A stretch of 64,000 nt of DNA from Alkalispirochaeta sp. (lineage in GTDB: Bacteria > Spirochaetota > Spirochaetia > DSM-27196 > Alkalispirochaetaceae): assembly GCA_965242725.1 (NCBI GenBank), contig CBDESZ010000018.1, positions 64,001 through 128,000 of the forward strand. The letters are read 5' to 3'. The translations under genes were made by a program, and so were the position numbers. Shown in pieces: positions 33,157 through 43,674 of the stretch. How positions within the stretch are numbered: position 1 is the stretch's first letter; each line of letters opens with the position of its first letter. The notes below the pieces were generated by a model. It was not told the DNA's origin, did no database searches, and worked only from the letters and a program-made list of their open reading frames with translations.

Positions 33157-33211
33157 TTAGAAGAAAGGTGTATCTTTCCGCCGGAGAATGACTTACAATA
33201 ATATACAAAAA

Positions 33212-33228
33212 TTGGCCCGAATATTGCA
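33212..33228 (+). promoter_or_regulatory. Sigma54 (-24/-12) promoter for gltBD
   Basis: TTGGCCCGAATATTGCA has exact GG-N10-GC spacing; about 35 nt upstream of the gltB start. Confidence 0.75.
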
Positions 33229-33262
33229 TATTAATACGATGAGTATTCAGGGAGGAGCATGA

Positions 33263-36200
33263 ATGCAACACACTATGAGGCCACAAAAGCATCTACTATA
33301 TGATCCGGGCTATGAGCACGACGCGTGCGGGGTCGGATTTGTCGCACATCTTAAAGGGAAGGCCGGATACGATCTGCTGCCGCGGGCACGACAGATCCTT
33401 GAGAGCATGGCTCATCGCGGCGCCGTCGGTGCGGAACGAAACACCGGTGACGGATCGGGTATTCTCACCGCCCTGCCGCATACCTTCCTGGAACGGATAG
33501 CCCGGGACGAGCTCGGGCAAGAGCTTCCGGAGCGGGGACGATACGCAGCGGGACTTGTATTTCTCTCCCGTGACGACGAAGAGCGTAAAGCGTGCGAAGA
33601 CGAGTTTCGCCGCATCACCGAGGCGGAGGGTCAGCGGTTCATCGGCTGGCGGGACGTACCCCGGGACAACTCAATGATCGGCCCCACCGCCCTCCATTCG
33701 GAACCGGTGATCCGACAGGTATTCGTCGCCGCCGACGATAAGGTGACGCCCCAGGAGTTTGAACGAAAACTCTATATTATACGGAAGCAGCTTACCAATT
33801 CACTTCGGGGAAGCGCCAAGGACAAACAGGACACCTTCTATATATGCAGTCTGAGTACAAGAAACATAGTGTACAAGGGCATGCTCACCCCGGAACAGCT
33901 CTTTGACTACTTTCTTGACCTTTCCAACGAGAAGTACCAGACCCACCTGGCGATGGTGCACAGTCGTTTTTCAACCAATACCTTTCCCAGCTGGGACCGG
34001 GCGCAACCGATGCGTTTCATGAGCCACAACGGGGAAATCAACACCCTCCAGGGAAATGTAAACAAGATGCGTGCCCGGGAAGGAGTGATGAAAAGCGATC
34101 TCTTCGGCGCCGATCTCGCAAAAGTGATGCCCGTCATTGAGCCGGACCTCTCAGATTCGGGAACTTTCGACAACGTCCTCGAATTGCTCCTGCAGAGCGG
34201 ACATTCCCTCCCGGAAGCGGTGATGATGATGGTTCCCGAGGCGTGGCACTCACACAGGCATATGCCGGAAATCGGCAGGGCAATGTATGAGTTCATGAGT
34301 ACCGAAATGGAACCGTGGGACGGTCCCGCTTCGATAGCCTTTACCGACGGAAAGGTCATCGGTGCGCTCCTCGATCGCAATGGTCTGCGACCGAGCCGAT
34401 ACTATGTGACCACCGACGATTACGTCGTCATGGCAAGTGAAGTCGGTGTTCTGCCCATCGATCCCCGGAATGTACTGCACAAGGGAAGGTTGCGACCGGG
34501 ACGCATGTTTCTCGTCGACTTTGAAGAAGGTCGAATCGTCGACGATGTGGAACTGAAAAACAGTATCGCCTCACGCTATCCCTTCGGACAGTGGCTGGAG
34601 GAACAGCGCATCACCCTGGGACAGCTTCCGGAACCTGACGATGTATCCGGGCTGGACGACGGTACGATATTGGCCCGTATGCGCGCCTTCGGCTTCACCC
34701 TTGAGCACTTGCGGCTTATCCTCAAGCCGATGGCGGAAAACGCCGCCGAACCGCTTGGCTCGATGGGTAATGATACACCCCTTGCGGTGCTCTCAGACCG
34801 GCCGCGACTCGTATATGACTACTTCAAGCAACTGTTTGCCCAGGTAACCAATCCGCCGATCGACTCAATACGGGAAGATACGATCATGAGCCTCGGTTCG
34901 TACATCGGGCCTGAAGGAAACCTCCTCTCCCATAACGCGGAGGATGCAAAACGGTTATGGCTGGACCACCCGATACTGACAAACGGAGAGCTGCAGAAAC
35001 TTCGTGAAATGGACCACCGCGGGTGGAAAAGCAGGGTCATAGACATCACCTATCCGGCATCGGAGGGCGTGGAGGGGTTGCGCACATCCCTTATGCGAAT
35101 CGCCGATGAGGCGGAAGGGGCGATCGCGGACGGGTACAGCCTGATCATCCTCTCCGATCGTGCCGCAGACCGGGAGCGGGTACCCGTTTCCGCGTTGCTG
35201 GCGACCGGAACGGTTCACCACCGACTTGTCCGTGGTCATAGAAGAACACAAATCGGCATTGTCGTGGAAAGCGGAGAACCCCGGGAAGTCCACCACATGT
35301 GTGCCCTCGTAGGATACGGCGCCGATGCAATCAACCCGTATCTCGCCTATGAAGGGATGTGGCATCTCCAGCAGGAGGGCCAGATCCGTGAAGACCTGAC
35401 ACGGGAAGAGATCGTAGCGGCCTATCACTACGCCCTGCAGAAGGGGATGCGCAAGGTATTCGGGAAGATGGGCATCAGCACCCTTGAAAGTTACAAGGGT
35501 GCCCAGATATTTGAAGCGATCGGACTGGCCGAAGAGGTGATCGACGTCGCATTTGTCGGCACGGCAAGTCGCATTCAGGGTGCAGGCTTTGTGCATCTCG
35601 CCCAGGAAGCGCTGCGACGGCACGCCCTTGGATGGCCCACCGGAAACGAGCCGATCGGCAGTGAATACATCAACCCCGGCGACTATCAATGGCGTACCGG
35701 CGGTGAAAAACATATGTGGGATCCCGAAGGGATCGCCGATCTGCAGCGCGCGGTACGTCAAAAGGACCACGAAGCCTACCGGCGCTATGCGGCGCGTCAG
35801 AATCAGCGCAGTACCGAACAGGCGACGCTGCGCGGCCTCCTGCGATTCAAGAAGGGACGTTCCGTATCCCTGGACGAAGTGGAGCCGGCGGAACTCATCG
35901 TCCGTCGCTTCGTCACCGGCGCGATGAGCTACGGCTCCATCAGCAGAGAGGCCCATGAAACTCTCGCCGTCGCAATGAACCGTATCGGCGGGAAGTCAAA
36001 CACGGGAGAAGGCGGAGAAGACCCGGAACGGTACAAACCGCTCGCCAGCGGTGACAGCAAACGTTCATCGATCAAACAGGTTGCCTCCGGACGGTTCGGC
36101 GTCAATATTGAATACCTCGCCCAGGCGGATGAGTTGCAGATCAAGATGGCTCAGGGTGCAAAACCGGGCGAGGGCGGAGAATTGCCGGGACACAAGGTCT

Positions 36201-37822
36201 TTGAGGAGATCGCAAAGACCCGGTTTTCAACACCCGGTGTCGGCTTGATCAGTCCGCCCCCTCACCACGATATATACTCAATCGAAGACCTGGCCCAGCT
36301 TATCTTTGACCTGAAGAACGGCAATCCCGACGCGCGGGTGAGTGTGAAGCTGGTCAGTGAAATCGGCGTCGGCACCGTCGCCGCCGGCGTTGCAAAGGCG
36401 CGGGCGGACCATATTCTCATCTCCGGACACGACGGTGGAACGGGGGCAAGTCCCCTGACGGGCATCAAGAATGCCGGACTTCCCTGGGAGATGGGTATTG
36501 CGGAAACACATCAGACACTCGTTCTTAACAACCTGCGCAGCCGGGTGGTGCTGCAGACTGACGGACAGATCAAGACGGGCCGGGATGTCGTCATTGCGGC
36601 GATGCTCGGTGCGGAGGAGATCGGCTTTGCCACAAGCGCCCTCATTTCCCTCGGCTGCATCATGATGCGCAAGTGCGAGAAGAACACCTGCCCGGTGGGT
36701 ATCGCCACCCAGGACGATCGGCTGCGCACCAAATTTGCCGGTGATCCCCAGCACGTGGTCAATCTTATGTACTTCATCGCGGAAGACGTGCGGGAAGTGA
36801 TGGCGGAGCTCGGATTCCGCCGCTTTGTCGACATGGTGGGGCGCAACGAGTTTCTCGAGTCAGACGATGCGGTGCGAAACTGGAAAAGTGCCGGTATCGA
36901 TCTCTCGTCCCTGACGACGCCCGTCCAGGCCAACGAGGGGAGCGCCGCGCTCTATTGCATTCAGCGCCAGGATCACGCCCTCGAAGCGATACTCGATCGC
37001 CGTCTCATCCAGGCGGCGGCGCCGCTCTTCTCGGAACGAAAACCGGTATCCGTCGAGATGGCGATCAAGAATACAAACCGCACCACCGGAGCGATGCTGA
37101 GTCATGAAATCGCCAAGCGCATCGGTGCGTATGAATTACCGGACAACTCATTCAAAGCCAAATTTCACGGAAGTGCGGGACAGAGTTTCGGCGCGTGGCT
37201 CGCCAGGGGGGTCACCCTCGAGCTGGAGGGTGACGCCAATGATTACGTGGGCAAAGGGCTCTCGGGGGGGCGCATCATCGTCTATCCTCCCCGCACCGCG
37301 GGATTTGTCGCCGAGGATAACATTATCATCGGAAACGTCGCCTTCTATGGCGCGACCAGCGGTGATGCCTATATCCGCGGTCAGGCTGCGGAGCGGTTCG
37401 GCGTGCGGAACTCCGGAGGTCGCCTGGTCGTTGAAGGCGTCGGTGACCACGGACTTGAGTATATGACCGGTGGCGTCGCCGTCATTCTCGGCGATGTGGG
37501 ACGTAACTTTGCCGCAGGTATGAGCGGCGGATTCGCCTATATATGGGACCCGGAAAAGAAACTGGCCGAGTATATCAACCCCGGCATGGTTGAAATTCTC
37601 GAGCTGGAGACGGAAGACGATGAGAACCTCATCGAACTGTTGAACGACCACATCACCCATACCGGAAGCGACCGGGCACGGCGCATTCTGGATACGTGGC
37701 AAACGACGCGGGGCGAATTTGTACGTGTCATATCACCCCAGTATCGTCGGATTCTTGAACTGCACCGGGAACGGGCGCGTATAAACGCCAGGGAAGAAGA
37801 GATGGAGGTGAGCCGTGGGTAA
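33263..37822 (+). CDS. gltB: Glutamate synthase large subunit
   Basis: EHDACGVGF, HSRFSTNT, HNGEINT, AQGAKPGEGG, CIMMRKCEKNTCPVG, GXGXG repeats. Confidence 0.98.
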   Translation: MQHTMRPQKHLLYDPGYEHDACGVGFVAHLKGKAGYDLLPRARQILESMAHRGAVGAERNTGDGSGILTALPHTFLERIARDELGQELPERGRYAAGLVFLSRDDEERKACEDEFRRITEAEGQRFIGWRDVPRDNSMIGPTALHSEPVIRQVFVAADDKVTPQEFERKLYIIRKQLTNSLRGSAKDKQDTFYICSLSTRNIVYKGMLTPEQLFDYFLDLSNEKYQTHLAMVHSRFSTNTFPSWDRAQPMRFMSHNGEINTLQGNVNKMRAREGVMKSDLFGADLAKVMPVIEPDLSDSGTFDNVLELLLQSGHSLPEAVMMMVPEAWHSHRHMPEIGRAMYEFMSTEMEPWDGPASIAFTDGKVIGALLDRNGLRPSRYYVTTDDYVVMASEVGVLPIDPRNVLHKGRLRPGRMFLVDFEEGRIVDDVELKNSIASRYPFGQWLEEQRITLGQLPEPDDVSGLDDGTILARMRAFGFTLEHLRLILKPMAENAAEPLGSMGNDTPLAVLSDRPRLVYDYFKQLFAQVTNPPIDSIREDTIMSLGSYIGPEGNLLSHNAEDAKRLWLDHPILTNGELQKLREMDHRGWKSRVIDITYPASEGVEGLRTSLMRIADEAEGAIADGYSLIILSDRAADRERVPVSALLATGTVHHRLVRGHRRTQIGIVVESGEPREVHHMCALVGYGADAINPYLAYEGMWHLQQEGQIREDLTREEIVAAYHYALQKGMRKVFGKMGISTLESYKGAQIFEAIGLAEEVIDVAFVGTASRIQGAGFVHLAQEALRRHALGWPTGNEPIGSEYINPGDYQWRTGGEKHMWDPEGIADLQRAVRQKDHEAYRRYAARQNQRSTEQATLRGLLRFKKGRSVSLDEVEPAELIVRRFVTGAMSYGSISREAHETLAVAMNRIGGKSNTGEGGEDPERYKPLASGDSKRSSIKQVASGRFGVNIEYLAQADELQIKMAQGAKPGEGGELPGHKVFEEIAKTRFSTPGVGLISPPPHHDIYSIEDLAQLIFDLKNGNPDARVSVKLVSEIGVGTVAAGVAKARADHILISGHDGGTGASPLTGIKNAGLPWEMGIAETHQTLVLNNLRSRVVLQTDGQIKTGRDVVIAAMLGAEEIGFATSALISLGCIMMRKCEKNTCPVGIATQDDRLRTKFAGDPQHVVNLMYFIAEDVREVMAELGFRRFVDMVGRNEFLESDDAVRNWKSAGIDLSSLTTPVQANEGSAALYCIQRQDHALEAILDRRLIQAAAPLFSERKPVSVEMAIKNTNRTTGAMLSHEIAKRIGAYELPDNSFKAKFHGSAGQSFGAWLARGVTLELEGDANDYVGKGLSGGRIIVYPPRTAGFVAEDNIIIGNVAFYGATSGDAYIRGQAAERFGVRNSGGRLVVEGVGDHGLEYMTGGVAVILGDVGRNFAAGMSGGFAYIWDPEKKLAEYINPGMVEILELETEDDENLIELLNDHITHTGSDRARRILDTWQTTRGEFVRVISPQYRRILELHRERARINAREEEMEVSRG

Positions 37823-39278
37823 GCCGACGGGATTCATGGATTTTCCACGACAGAAAACGGCGTGGATCGAACCGAAAAAGAGAATTGAGAGCTTTGAAGA
37901 GTTTCGTCGAGAGTTGAACGACGAGGAACGGGAAAAACAGGGTGCCCGGTGCATGGACTGCGGCGTACCCTTCTGTCAGTCGAATTTCGGATGTCCCGTG
38001 GACAACCTCATACCCGAGTGGAATGACCTCATCTATCACGGGCGCTGGGAAGATGCCTTCATTCGCCTGATGAAGACGAACAACTTTCCCGAGTACACCG
38101 GGCGGGTCTGTCCCGCGCCGTGTGAACACGCCTGCGTCCTCGGCATCAACGAACCGGCGGTGACGATAAAGGACAACGAGGCGGCCATTATCGATCGCGC
38201 CTACCGTACGGGCCTCATGCAGCCGCGAATCCCCGCTGTGCGGACGGGGAAGGTTGTCTCCGTCATAGGGAGCGGCCCCGCAGGACTTGCCGCGGCGGAT
38301 CAGCTGAACCAGGCGGGGCATACGGTAACCGTCTATGAGCGACAGGATCGTATCGGCGGATTGCTCATGTATGGTATTCCCAACATGAAACTCGACAAGG
38401 AACTCGTCGAGAGGCGGAACAGACTGATGGAAGCGGAGGGCATTACCTTCAAGACGGGAGTCGATGTTGGCCGGGACGTCCCGGCATTTGACTTGATGTA
38501 CAGAAGTGACGCCGTCGTGGTCGCCGTCGGCGCGACGCAGCCGCGGGATTTGCCCGTTCCCGGACGGGACCTGGAGGGCGTCCACTTTGCGATGGAGTTT
38601 CTCAAGGGTAACACCAAGAGCTACCTCGATTCCCGCCACGCCGACCGCCGGTATATCAACGCCAAAGGGAAAAACGTCATCGTTATCGGCGGCGGTGACA
38701 CCGGAAACGACTGTATCGGTACCGCCGTCAGGCACGGCGCCCGGAGCGTCATTAACTTTGAGTTGCTTCCAAAACCGCCTGAACAGCGTACCAACGAAAT
38801 GCCGTGGCCGACCTTTGCCCGGACCCTGAAGACCGACTACGGCCATGAAGAGGCGGCGACCGCGTACGGAAGAGATCCCCGGGAATACGCGATACTGACC
38901 AAGGAGTTTATCGGTGATGATGACGGACAGCTGACCGCTCTCAGAACGGTCCGTGTTCGCTGGATAAAGGAAGCGGGAGCTCCACCCCGTTTTGAAGAGA
39001 TACCGGGATCCGAAGAAATCTGGGAGGCGGAACTCGTCCTCCTGGCAATGGGGTTCCTCGGTCCCGAGGATTATATCGCGGAAGAGTTAAACATAGAGAG
39101 GGATGTGCGCAGCAACTACCGTGCGGAATTTGACCGGTATACAACCAACATTCCCGGGGTGTTCAGCGCGGGAGACGCCCGGAGGGGACAGAGCCTCGTC
39201 GTGTGGGCGATCAAGGAAGGCCGCGGAGCCGCCAGGGAGGTTGACCGCTATCTCATGGGGCGAACCCTCCTGGAATAA
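37815..39278 (+). CDS. gltD: Glutamate synthase small subunit
   Basis: MGKPTGF, RCMDCGVPFC, GSGPAG, GGGDTG, GQSLVVWAI. Confidence 0.97.
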   Translation: MGKPTGFMDFPRQKTAWIEPKKRIESFEEFRRELNDEEREKQGARCMDCGVPFCQSNFGCPVDNLIPEWNDLIYHGRWEDAFIRLMKTNNFPEYTGRVCPAPCEHACVLGINEPAVTIKDNEAAIIDRAYRTGLMQPRIPAVRTGKVVSVIGSGPAGLAAADQLNQAGHTVTVYERQDRIGGLLMYGIPNMKLDKELVERRNRLMEAEGITFKTGVDVGRDVPAFDLMYRSDAVVVAVGATQPRDLPVPGRDLEGVHFAMEFLKGNTKSYLDSRHADRRYINAKGKNVIVIGGGDTGNDCIGTAVRHGARSVINFELLPKPPEQRTNEMPWPTFARTLKTDYGHEEAATAYGRDPREYAILTKEFIGDDDGQLTALRTVRVRWIKEAGAPPRFEEIPGSEEIWEAELVLLAMGFLGPEDYIAEELNIERDVRSNYRAEFDRYTTNIPGVFSAGDARRGQSLVVWAIKEGRGAAREVDRYLMGRTLLE

Positions 39279-39371
39279 GGTCTCCCGGAGCATCACCTTC
39301 TGTGATAACCCCTTGACGAGGAGCTGCCATAACGGTTTAATAACGGGCTCATACTAACTGGAGTAATATCG

Positions 39372-39689
39372 ATGTACGCACTTGTAGAGATTAAAGGAAA
39401 GCAATACCGGGTGGAGAAAGACGGGGTAATTACCGTTGATCACCTGGATGGAGAAGAGGGAAGTACCGTCGAATTTTCCGACGTGGTGCTGCTCCACACG
39501 GACAAGGCCGTCAATGTCGGAACACCTTTTGTAAAGGGAGCGTCCGTTACCGCTGAGATCGATCACCATATGCGAGACCGCAAAGTCACGGTCTTCAAGC
39601 ACAAACGGCGAAAGAACTATCGGCGGACCAAGGGCCACCGGCAGCACTATTCAGTCATCCGCGTGAAGGATATCGTCGGCGGAAAATAA
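39372..39689 (+). CDS. rplU: 50S ribosomal protein L21
   Basis: MYALVEIKGKQY...KRRKNYRRTKGHRQ. Confidence 0.97.
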   Translation: MYALVEIKGKQYRVEKDGVITVDHLDGEEGSTVEFSDVVLLHTDKAVNVGTPFVKGASVTAEIDHHMRDRKVTVFKHKRRKNYRRTKGHRQHYSVIRVKDIVGGK

Positions 39690-39695
39690 GAAGGA

Positions 39696-40019
39696 ATGAT
39701 CCGCGTCACGATCACCCGACGCAACGGAGTTCTGCATCGCATCCAGTCCCGCGGCCACGCGCTGCGCTCAGGTGCGGAGAGCAGCGCACCCTGCGCCGCC
39801 GTTTCGGTATTGCTCAAGTCCTTCGGACTTGCGCTGACCGACCGGGCCGGGTGTTCAGTAGAGGGTTCCGTTCCCCGGGAAGGAACGTACGACGTGATCT
39901 GTAATGGATGTGATGACGCCGCATGGTACGGCGGAATCACCGAGCTCTTTGAGCGCAGCCTCAGGGAGATTCAGGGGACGTGGCCGTCGGAGGTCACAGT
40001 CACCTATTACGAGGAGTAA
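39696..40019 (+). CDS. prp: Ribosomal-processing cysteine protease Prp (DUF464/YsxB)
   Basis: GHA...CAAVS His/Cys motifs; located between rplU and rpmA. Confidence 0.85.
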   Translation: MIRVTITRRNGVLHRIQSRGHALRSGAESSAPCAAVSVLLKSFGLALTDRAGCSVEGSVPREGTYDVICNGCDDAAWYGGITELFERSLREIQGTWPSEVTVTYYEE

Positions 40020-40023
40020 CGAT

Positions 40024-40281
40024 ATGGCACATAAAAAGGGCGGTGGCAGTTCCAAAAACGGTCGTGATTCAAATGCCCAACGTCTTGGAGTAAAACGGTT
40101 TGGCGGTGAACTTGTAAGCGCCGGATCGATCATTATACGTCAGCGTGGAACCAGAGTGCATCCCGGTCTCTTTGTGGGGCGTGGGAAAGACGACACTCTC
40201 TTCGCCAAGGCGGACGGGACGGTGAAATTTCACACCCGCCGCGGCAAGAAACTGGTATCCATCGAGCCCGCAGCGGAATAA
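40024..40281 (+). CDS. rpmA: 50S ribosomal protein L27
   Basis: [38 protein letters not shown]. Confidence 0.98.
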   Translation: MAHKKGGGSSKNGRDSNAQRLGVKRFGGELVSAGSIIIRQRGTRVHPGLFVGRGKDDTLFAKADGTVKFHTRRGKKLVSIEPAAE

Positions 40282-40283
40282 CG

Positions 40284-41339
40284 TTGTTTGCAGATGAAGC
40301 GGAAATCGTCGTTCGCTCCGGTCACGGAGGAGCGGGGGCGGTTTCTTTTCGACGGGAAAAGTACGTACCCAAGGGCGGTCCCGACGGCGGCGACGGCGGT
40401 CGCGGTGGTGATGTCGTCTTTCAGGTGAAGCGGAACGTGAAAACGCTGTCGCATCTCAAGATGCAGCAGCGTTTTTTTGCGTCCAACGGGAAGAACGGCA
40501 GCGGTCGACAGAAAGACGGAGCCGCCGGAACGGACGCGGTCATAGAAGTACCGCCGGGAACCGTTGTATTTGACGCGGAGAGCGACGAACAGCTCCTCGA
40601 TCTCACCGAGGAAAACCGAAAGGTCGTTCTGCTCTCCGGCGGACGGGGTGGAAAGGGAAACACCCATTTCAAGAGCTCCCGCCATCAGACACCGCGTTTC
40701 GCCCAGGACGGTGAAGAAGGTGTTGAAAAACGACTTCGGGTAGAGCTGCGTATCATCGCCGATGTCGGATTTGTGGGTCTCCCCAACGCCGGAAAGTCGA
40801 CGCTCCTCAAGGTGCTCACCGCTGCCAATCCCAAGATAGGCAACTATCCCTTTACAACGGTTGTTCCCAATCTGGGAGTCATGCACCACTTCGGTCAGGA
40901 TGTGGTCCTTGCGGACATCCCCGGCATCATTAAAGGTGCCCATAACGGCGCGGGACTGGGTATCCGTTTTCTGAAACACATCGCCCGGACCCGGGGACTG
41001 GTCTATCTCATCGATTGTTCCGACGGTGACCTGGAGGAAACGTATCGTGTCCTCCGGGAAGAACTTTCTTCATTTTCCCGGGAGCTCGCGGAAAAACCGC
41101 ATATTCTCGTCATATCGAAGAGCGACTACATCGCTGCCGGTGAGGTTGACGGAGGAAAGGTTCAGCGTTTTCTTTCGGAAGAACGAGGGTCCTCCGGATC
41201 GATTCTCGACCGCCTTGTCGTATCGGCTGCGACAACGGAAGGAATTGAGTCACTGAAAAGCTCTCTCATTCGACTCGCCGCGCCGTCCCGCGGCAGCGAC
41301 GGTCCGTCCGAAGAGGATGCCCCCGGTGACGCCGGCTGA
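40284..41339 (+). CDS. obgE: GTPase Obg
   Basis: GGPDGGDGGRGG, GLPNAGKST, YPFTT, DIPG. Confidence 0.97.
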   Translation: MFADEAEIVVRSGHGGAGAVSFRREKYVPKGGPDGGDGGRGGDVVFQVKRNVKTLSHLKMQQRFFASNGKNGSGRQKDGAAGTDAVIEVPPGTVVFDAESDEQLLDLTEENRKVVLLSGGRGGKGNTHFKSSRHQTPRFAQDGEEGVEKRLRVELRIIADVGFVGLPNAGKSTLLKVLTAANPKIGNYPFTTVVPNLGVMHHFGQDVVLADIPGIIKGAHNGAGLGIRFLKHIARTRGLVYLIDCSDGDLEETYRVLREELSSFSRELAEKPHILVISKSDYIAAGEVDGGKVQRFLSEERGSSGSILDRLVVSAATTEGIESLKSSLIRLAAPSRGSDGPSEEDAPGDAG

Positions 41340-41934
41340 CGTATTTTTCGGGGGGACCTTTGATCCACCTCATCTGGGCCACCTCATCATCGCATCAGAG
41401 GTGGTATCCACCCTGGGTGCGGAGCGACTTCTCTTTGTACCGGCCGCGCAGAATCCCTTTAAAGAGCACGGTCCCATGGCCTCCGGCAGTGATCGCCTCA
41501 AAATGATACAGGTCATGACAAACGGTGATTCCCGTCTTTCGGTTCATTCCTTTGAAATCGACCGTCCCGGTCCGTCCCGTACCTATGATACCATTGAAAG
41601 CCTCATCCGGGATGGTACACTCATCGACGATCCGTGGATGGTAATCGGTGATGAACTTCTTCCTGATGTGACTCGCTGGTACCGGGGGCAGGAGCTGCTG
41701 CGCCGGGTGCGCCTCGCGGTTGTGCGCCGGGGAGCGCCGGAGACGTCCGGATCAGGCGAAAAACGCCTGGAGGTCCTCCATCAACAGGGGCGACTTGCGT
41801 ACGTGAACAATCCGTTCATCGGAATCTCTTCCCGGGATATCAGAACGCGATTGCGTGAAGGGCGATCGATAAAGTACCTTGTCACCGACGACGTGTATGA
41901 CTATATCAGACAGTTTTCCCTCTATCTCCAATGA
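41317..41934 (+). CDS. nadD: Nicotinate-nucleotide adenylyltransferase
   Basis: GGTFDPPHLGH, ISSRDIR. Confidence 0.93.
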   Translation: MPPVTPADVFFGGTFDPPHLGHLIIASEVVSTLGAERLLFVPAAQNPFKEHGPMASGSDRLKMIQVMTNGDSRLSVHSFEIDRPGPSRTYDTIESLIRDGTLIDDPWMVIGDELLPDVTRWYRGQELLRRVRLAVVRRGAPETSGSGEKRLEVLHQQGRLAYVNNPFIGISSRDIRTRLREGRSIKYLVTDDVYDYIRQFSLYLQ

Positions 41935-42472
41935 CATCGCCTCACGACTTCCCGCATTGGTCAGCGCCGGAAGGATAACCCACATCAACCGGGTTGTTGA
42001 TACAATCGGCGACCTTGCCCGACGTTTTCACCTCGACGAAGAGCGGGCTCGCCTTGTCGGACTCGCCCATGACATGGACAGGGATCGGAGCGTGGAGGAA
42101 ATGTTTCGGCTCGTTTCAGCATGGGACGTCCCTGTATCCACGATAGAACGGAAAAATCCGAAACTGCTCCATGGTCCGGTCGCGGCGGAACGGCTGATAC
42201 GGGAGTACGGCGTCAATGATCCGTCGGTGGTAACCGCGGTGCGCCACCACACCCTTGGTTCACCCGACTTCGATTCCATTGGGCTTGCCCTCTATGTTGC
42301 GGATTTCTGTGAACCCGGTCGGAAGTTCCCCGACGATGAAACACGAAGGGAAATACTTGGGCGATCAACGCTGGAAGCCATGGTGAAGGGAATCATAGAA
42401 TTGGCGCGCAGGAAGTATGGTCCGCTTGAAGAACCGACCCGCCAATTGTATGCTCGCCTGGGAGGGAAGTAA
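41897..42472 (+). CDS. yqeK: HD-domain Ap4A hydrolase
   Basis: H..RV, AHD, LLHG, HHT, ADFCEPGR; follows nadD. Confidence 0.9.
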   Translation: MTISDSFPSISNDIASRLPALVSAGRITHINRVVDTIGDLARRFHLDEERARLVGLAHDMDRDRSVEEMFRLVSAWDVPVSTIERKNPKLLHGPVAAERLIREYGVNDPSVVTAVRHHTLGSPDFDSIGLALYVADFCEPGRKFPDDETRREILGRSTLEAMVKGIIELARRKYGPLEEPTRQLYARLGGK

Positions 42473-42474
42473 CG

Positions 42475-43674
42475 GTGCCGACTCGGAGAATCAACGCCAC
42501 CGCCATACTGATGGCGCTGATATGTATCATTATCGCATTGACGGGATGGCTTATATACACGCAGCTCCGTACCGATGCAATCAGCTCGCAGGTTGACTCC
42601 GGAGAGGTCGTTCGCACCCTGTTTGTCGCCTATGACGAGGAACGCCCCTTTCTCACCTTTCTCCTCGTGTACCATCCCGGGACCAGGCGGGCGGCAATGC
42701 TCGATATACCGGGAAATGTCGGCATGGTTCTGCAGCCCCTTGGACGAATCGATCGTATCGATACGATTTTTGACGGATCCGATCCGACGGCGTTCCGGCA
42801 GGCGGTTGAGGAGACGGTGGGGATATCGATACCGCACTGGATCGTCATGAACGAAGGAGAGCTGATAGACTTTATTGATCTCCTGGGCGGCATGGAGATG
42901 TTCATCATCAACGATTATCGCGACATTGAAGAGAGTGAGCCCGTCCTGCTTCCCACCGGCAGCGCCCGACTCAACGGTGAGAAGGCGGTCCAGTACCTGC
43001 GGCTCGCCGAGTCGGGGCCGGCGATGGTTGAAAGCGAACTCGAGCGGGTAGGACGGCGGCAATCCTTTGTTCAGGCGCTCTTCCGCGCCATCCGAGAGAG
43101 CAGGGAGTTTCTCCTCCATCCCGACGTGGTGGATGTACGCAGCGGTATCGTAAACTCATCACTGGAACGGCGCGCGCTTACCTCCTTCTTCAATGAACTG
43201 GCCGAAGTTGATCCCGACCGGCTCGTACGTCGCAGGATACAGGGCACGCTCAGGGACGTGGACGTCGAAGGGACGACGAAGCAGCTGCTCTTCCCTCACT
43301 TTGAGGGACAATGGTTGAGGCAGGCGGTGCGGCAGATGGAATCGACCCTGGCCACACCGGAGGAAGAGATCGGTGAAGAGACACTGGTGACGATGGAGGT
43401 GCTGAACGGAACCTCTTCGTCGGGGCTTGCGCGGAGAACGTCCGAGCTGTACGAGGATTTCGGGTTCGAAGTCCGTCGCTTCGGCAACGCCGAGAGTGAT
43501 CAAATAGAACACACCCTCGTCATCGACAGACGGGGAATAGGAGAAACGGCTGAACGGGTCGCCCGTGTCATCGAGGCCGAGCGCATCGTCGTGGATGTTT
43601 CGGATGAAACGGATGTGGATGTCACCGTAATACTTGGAAGGGATTTTGATGGAACAACAGTCCGCTCGCGATGA
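42475..43674 (+). CDS. LCP (LytR-CpsA-Psr) family protein with LytR C-terminal domain
   Basis: N-terminal TM, IDLLGG, LNGEKAVQYLR, RRQ, EVLNGTSSSGLA, VILGRDF. Confidence 0.88.
   Translation: MPTRRINATAILMALICIIIALTGWLIYTQLRTDAISSQVDSGEVVRTLFVAYDEERPFLTFLLVYHPGTRRAAMLDIPGNVGMVLQPLGRIDRIDTIFDGSDPTAFRQAVEETVGISIPHWIVMNEGELIDFIDLLGGMEMFIINDYRDIEESEPVLLPTGSARLNGEKAVQYLRLAESGPAMVESELERVGRRQSFVQALFRAIRESREFLLHPDVVDVRSGIVNSSLERRALTSFFNELAEVDPDRLVRRRIQGTLRDVDVEGTTKQLLFPHFEGQWLRQAVRQMESTLATPEEEIGEETLVTMEVLNGTSSSGLARRTSELYEDFGFEVRRFGNAESDQIEHTLVIDRRGIGETAERVARVIEAERIVVDVSDETDVDVTVILGRDFDGTTVRSR

Noticed and set aside
39904..40023. In-frame upstream extension of L27 in the ORF track
   Set aside because: It overlaps prp, lacks the Prp cleavage motif, and a strong RBS precedes the ATG at 40024.
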